From the NCBI RefSeq assembly GCF_026571515.1, contig NW_026859550.1:1-64000 (forward strand): a DNA stretch of 64,000 nt. Reading direction: 5' to 3'. The position numbers and the translations under genes are program-made. Source of the DNA: Ruditapes philippinarum. Lineage: Eukaryota. The notes below the pieces were generated by a model, which saw only the letters and a program-made list of their open reading frames with translations, was not told the origin of the DNA and ran no database searches. How positions within the stretch are numbered: position 1 is the stretch's first letter; each line of letters opens with the position of its first letter. This document shows, in pieces, positions 61,999 to 64,000 of this stretch.

Positions 61999-63839
61999 GT
62001 GATCAACCAATGTCTGCTGCTGAAAGGTTACATGTGCAAGCACCTGGTCACCAGGCACCGCATCCGCACGGTCACCACAACAGACGTGGTGATAATCGTG
62101 ATATGATGGATAAATCAAAATCTATTCCAAACCTTCACATTGACAATTCTTTCGATGGCCGACATGATCCAGGAGTGATGCGGCCAGCACAGAGTGTAAG
62201 TGCGTTACAGCGCAATCAGAACCCTGACTATTATAATCAGCCTCATTCACTGGAGGATTCAAGAAGTCACGATTACGAAAATCAACCTATTGACCCAAGA
62301 ATTAGGGATCAGAATAGAGGATATCCAAATACGAGTCAACAACCATCGCCCAGAACGCAATACAATCGTCCACCTATGCACCAATCACCAGCAAGAACTG
62401 CACAGAATTTTGAAAGACCACAATCACAGTTTATTGCTCCTCATGATAGGCCAGAGTTAAGGAACGGACGTCCAAAGTCAGAGGAGATCAGTCAAGAGAG
62501 ATTGAGAAATTGGCAGGATGGCCAAGGGTCTCCTCATGACAGTTTCGAAAATAGAGTACCTAACTATAGCAATATTAGACCGCAACCTAATTATGCAAAT
62601 CAAGGTGAGATTAGAAAGATGGACATGGGCAACCAGTCGAAACAGCCAAACTTTTACGAAAATACGTTACCAAGGCAACAAGAACCAACGCCTCCATTCC
62701 AGCAGCTAAGGCAACCGGAAGAAGAAAAGTCTAAGCCAATGACAGCACCAAAACCGTCAGTGGCACCAAAACCAAATCAGCCAATGGTACATCCTACAGA
62801 GATTCCAAGATCAGACATAGATAACAGACAAACTCAACCTCATTTCTACAACCCACAGCTTAGAGATAAACCAGTGTATCCCCAGGCATCACAGAGTTTT
62901 AACACTTCACCCAACTCTCAGAGTCATTACCAAAATACAAGCTTCCATGATGGTCGAGCAGATTTTAGAAATAAGCATTCCCCAGGGGGAAGTGATATGC
63001 ACAAGAGCCCAAATATGTCAAGTAACATGCACGAAATTCCTCCAGAACTGCCGCCACCACCGTCAATGGATGAATTGCAAGATGAAGAATTACCTCCCCT
63101 GCCTCCACCACCAGCTATGGATTACAGACTTGAACAAAAAATACGTGAAGAACAGAACAGACTTTTACAACAGCCTCCCTCTGACCCAAGTTATAGCAAT
63201 CTTCCTCCACAGAATAGCAGAAATCAGCCATTTTCCACTACATCAATAATGCGTGACCCAAGGTCTGCAACTCAACCTGGGAACCAGTCACTTCCACCCA
63301 ATTCTGCTGGTTACCAGCCTCCAATGAGTTCTGGGTACCAGCCCCACCATCCGACCGGATATCAGCCTCCACATTCAGCTGGTTTCCAAATTCATCAGCC
63401 ACAGTCATTGCCAGTACAGTCAGCTGGGTATCAGCCTAACCATGACTACCAAAATATTAACTATCCAAACAGAAGTATGGAGCACAGTCCATCTGCCCAA
63501 CAGCCACATCAACAACAACAACAAAATTTGTACGAATCATATGATCCAAGAAAAACGCAGTCAAATCTTAGGCCCGCAATTCATACCCAGATCAAAGATC
63601 AACGCGAAACAATTTTGTCGCCATGGCAACGTGAGGAGAAAGAAAAGCAACTCAAAGAACAGGAAGAAGGAATGAATCGTATACGCGAGATGGAGATCGC
63701 TGAATTGGAGTCTAGACCACATCGGACACCACAAGAGGAAGAACGTTTACGAAAACTAAGACTGGATGCAGAGTTTAATAGGAGATTACAAGAAGTACAG
63801 AACAAAGACGAAGACGATGATTCCGACGATGATAGATTT
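61999..63839 (+). CDS. AFDN: Afadin exon 23 (1841 nt; disordered P/Q/N-rich region and conserved coiled coil SPWQREEKEK...EERLRKLRLDAEFNRRLQE-acidic)
   Basis: tattttag acceptor (phase 1), TTT|gtaagt donor (phase 0). The C-terminal part matches the afadin/canoe SPW...RLRKL.LE..F..RLQE...DED segment. Confidence 0.93.
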
Positions 63840-64000
63840 GTAAGTAGGAGTTGCACAACTTAATGCTTGTTTGTACTTTGATAATTATATTAATGTTGAA
63901 ATTGATGTAGAATTATCAATGCAACTTTTGCGTAGTTAACAAATAATTCATTACAAAACCCGGAAAAATTTATTTGATAGCTATAAAAGTATAAATGAAT

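Larger units (their letters stand above)
1355..63839 (+). other. AFDN: Afadin (AF-6/canoe) gene span, 3'-incomplete; 22 core coding exons plus 1 candidate cassette exon
   Basis: Manually spliced exons join in frame with matching intron phases and GT-AG ends. The product has afadin hallmark segments (LEFHGVVRFYFQD, KFRPDMRML, RSISNPE, GGTLKIYG, NAALTIQLFSQLFHFIN, GMGLSIVAAK-like PDZ, SPWQREEKEK...RLRKLRL). Confidence 0.97.

Noticed and set aside
62200-63856. Alternative-frame and antisense ORFs overlapping exon 23 (also those overlapping exons 4, 10, 12, 15, 17, 21)
   Set aside because: Shadows of the real afadin reading frame.

Overview
AT-rich eukaryotic genomic DNA. The repeat families (Helentron-type elements carrying satellite arrays, tRNA-derived SINEs, TTAA-ended MITEs) point to a bivalve mollusc, probably a clam; this is an inference. 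Almost the whole window is one + strand gene, afadin (AFDN/AF-6/canoe). I traced it by hand as 22 GT-AG coding exons with matching phases from ATG 1355 to a donor at 63839/63840 (5343 nt, 1781 codons), and it continues beyond the window. Domain order: RA1, RA2, FHA, DIL, PDZ, long Pro/Gln/Asn-rich region, afadin coiled coil. A further symmetric 627-nt candidate cassette exon lies at 61049-61675. Introns contain a hAT-like element with a 5-bp TSD, a PIF/Harbinger deletion derivative with a transposase remnant, TA-flanked MITEs, three Helentron-type (HINE) elements (one nested in another), about ten SINE copies and several minisatellites. Most interesting leads, all hypotheses: (i) the cassette exon carries an EDDVF motif of the RSK-docking type, and the next exon has 10 Y-x-N (Grb2-SH2-type) motifs, suggesting this afadin is a Ras/ERK/RSK scaffold; (ii) candidate internal first exons would make short isoforms starting at the PDZ domain; (iii) repeat-borne arrays of AGGTCA and AP-1 sites sit between those candidate starts. 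No prokaryotic systems, CRISPR arrays or intact RNA genes were found.
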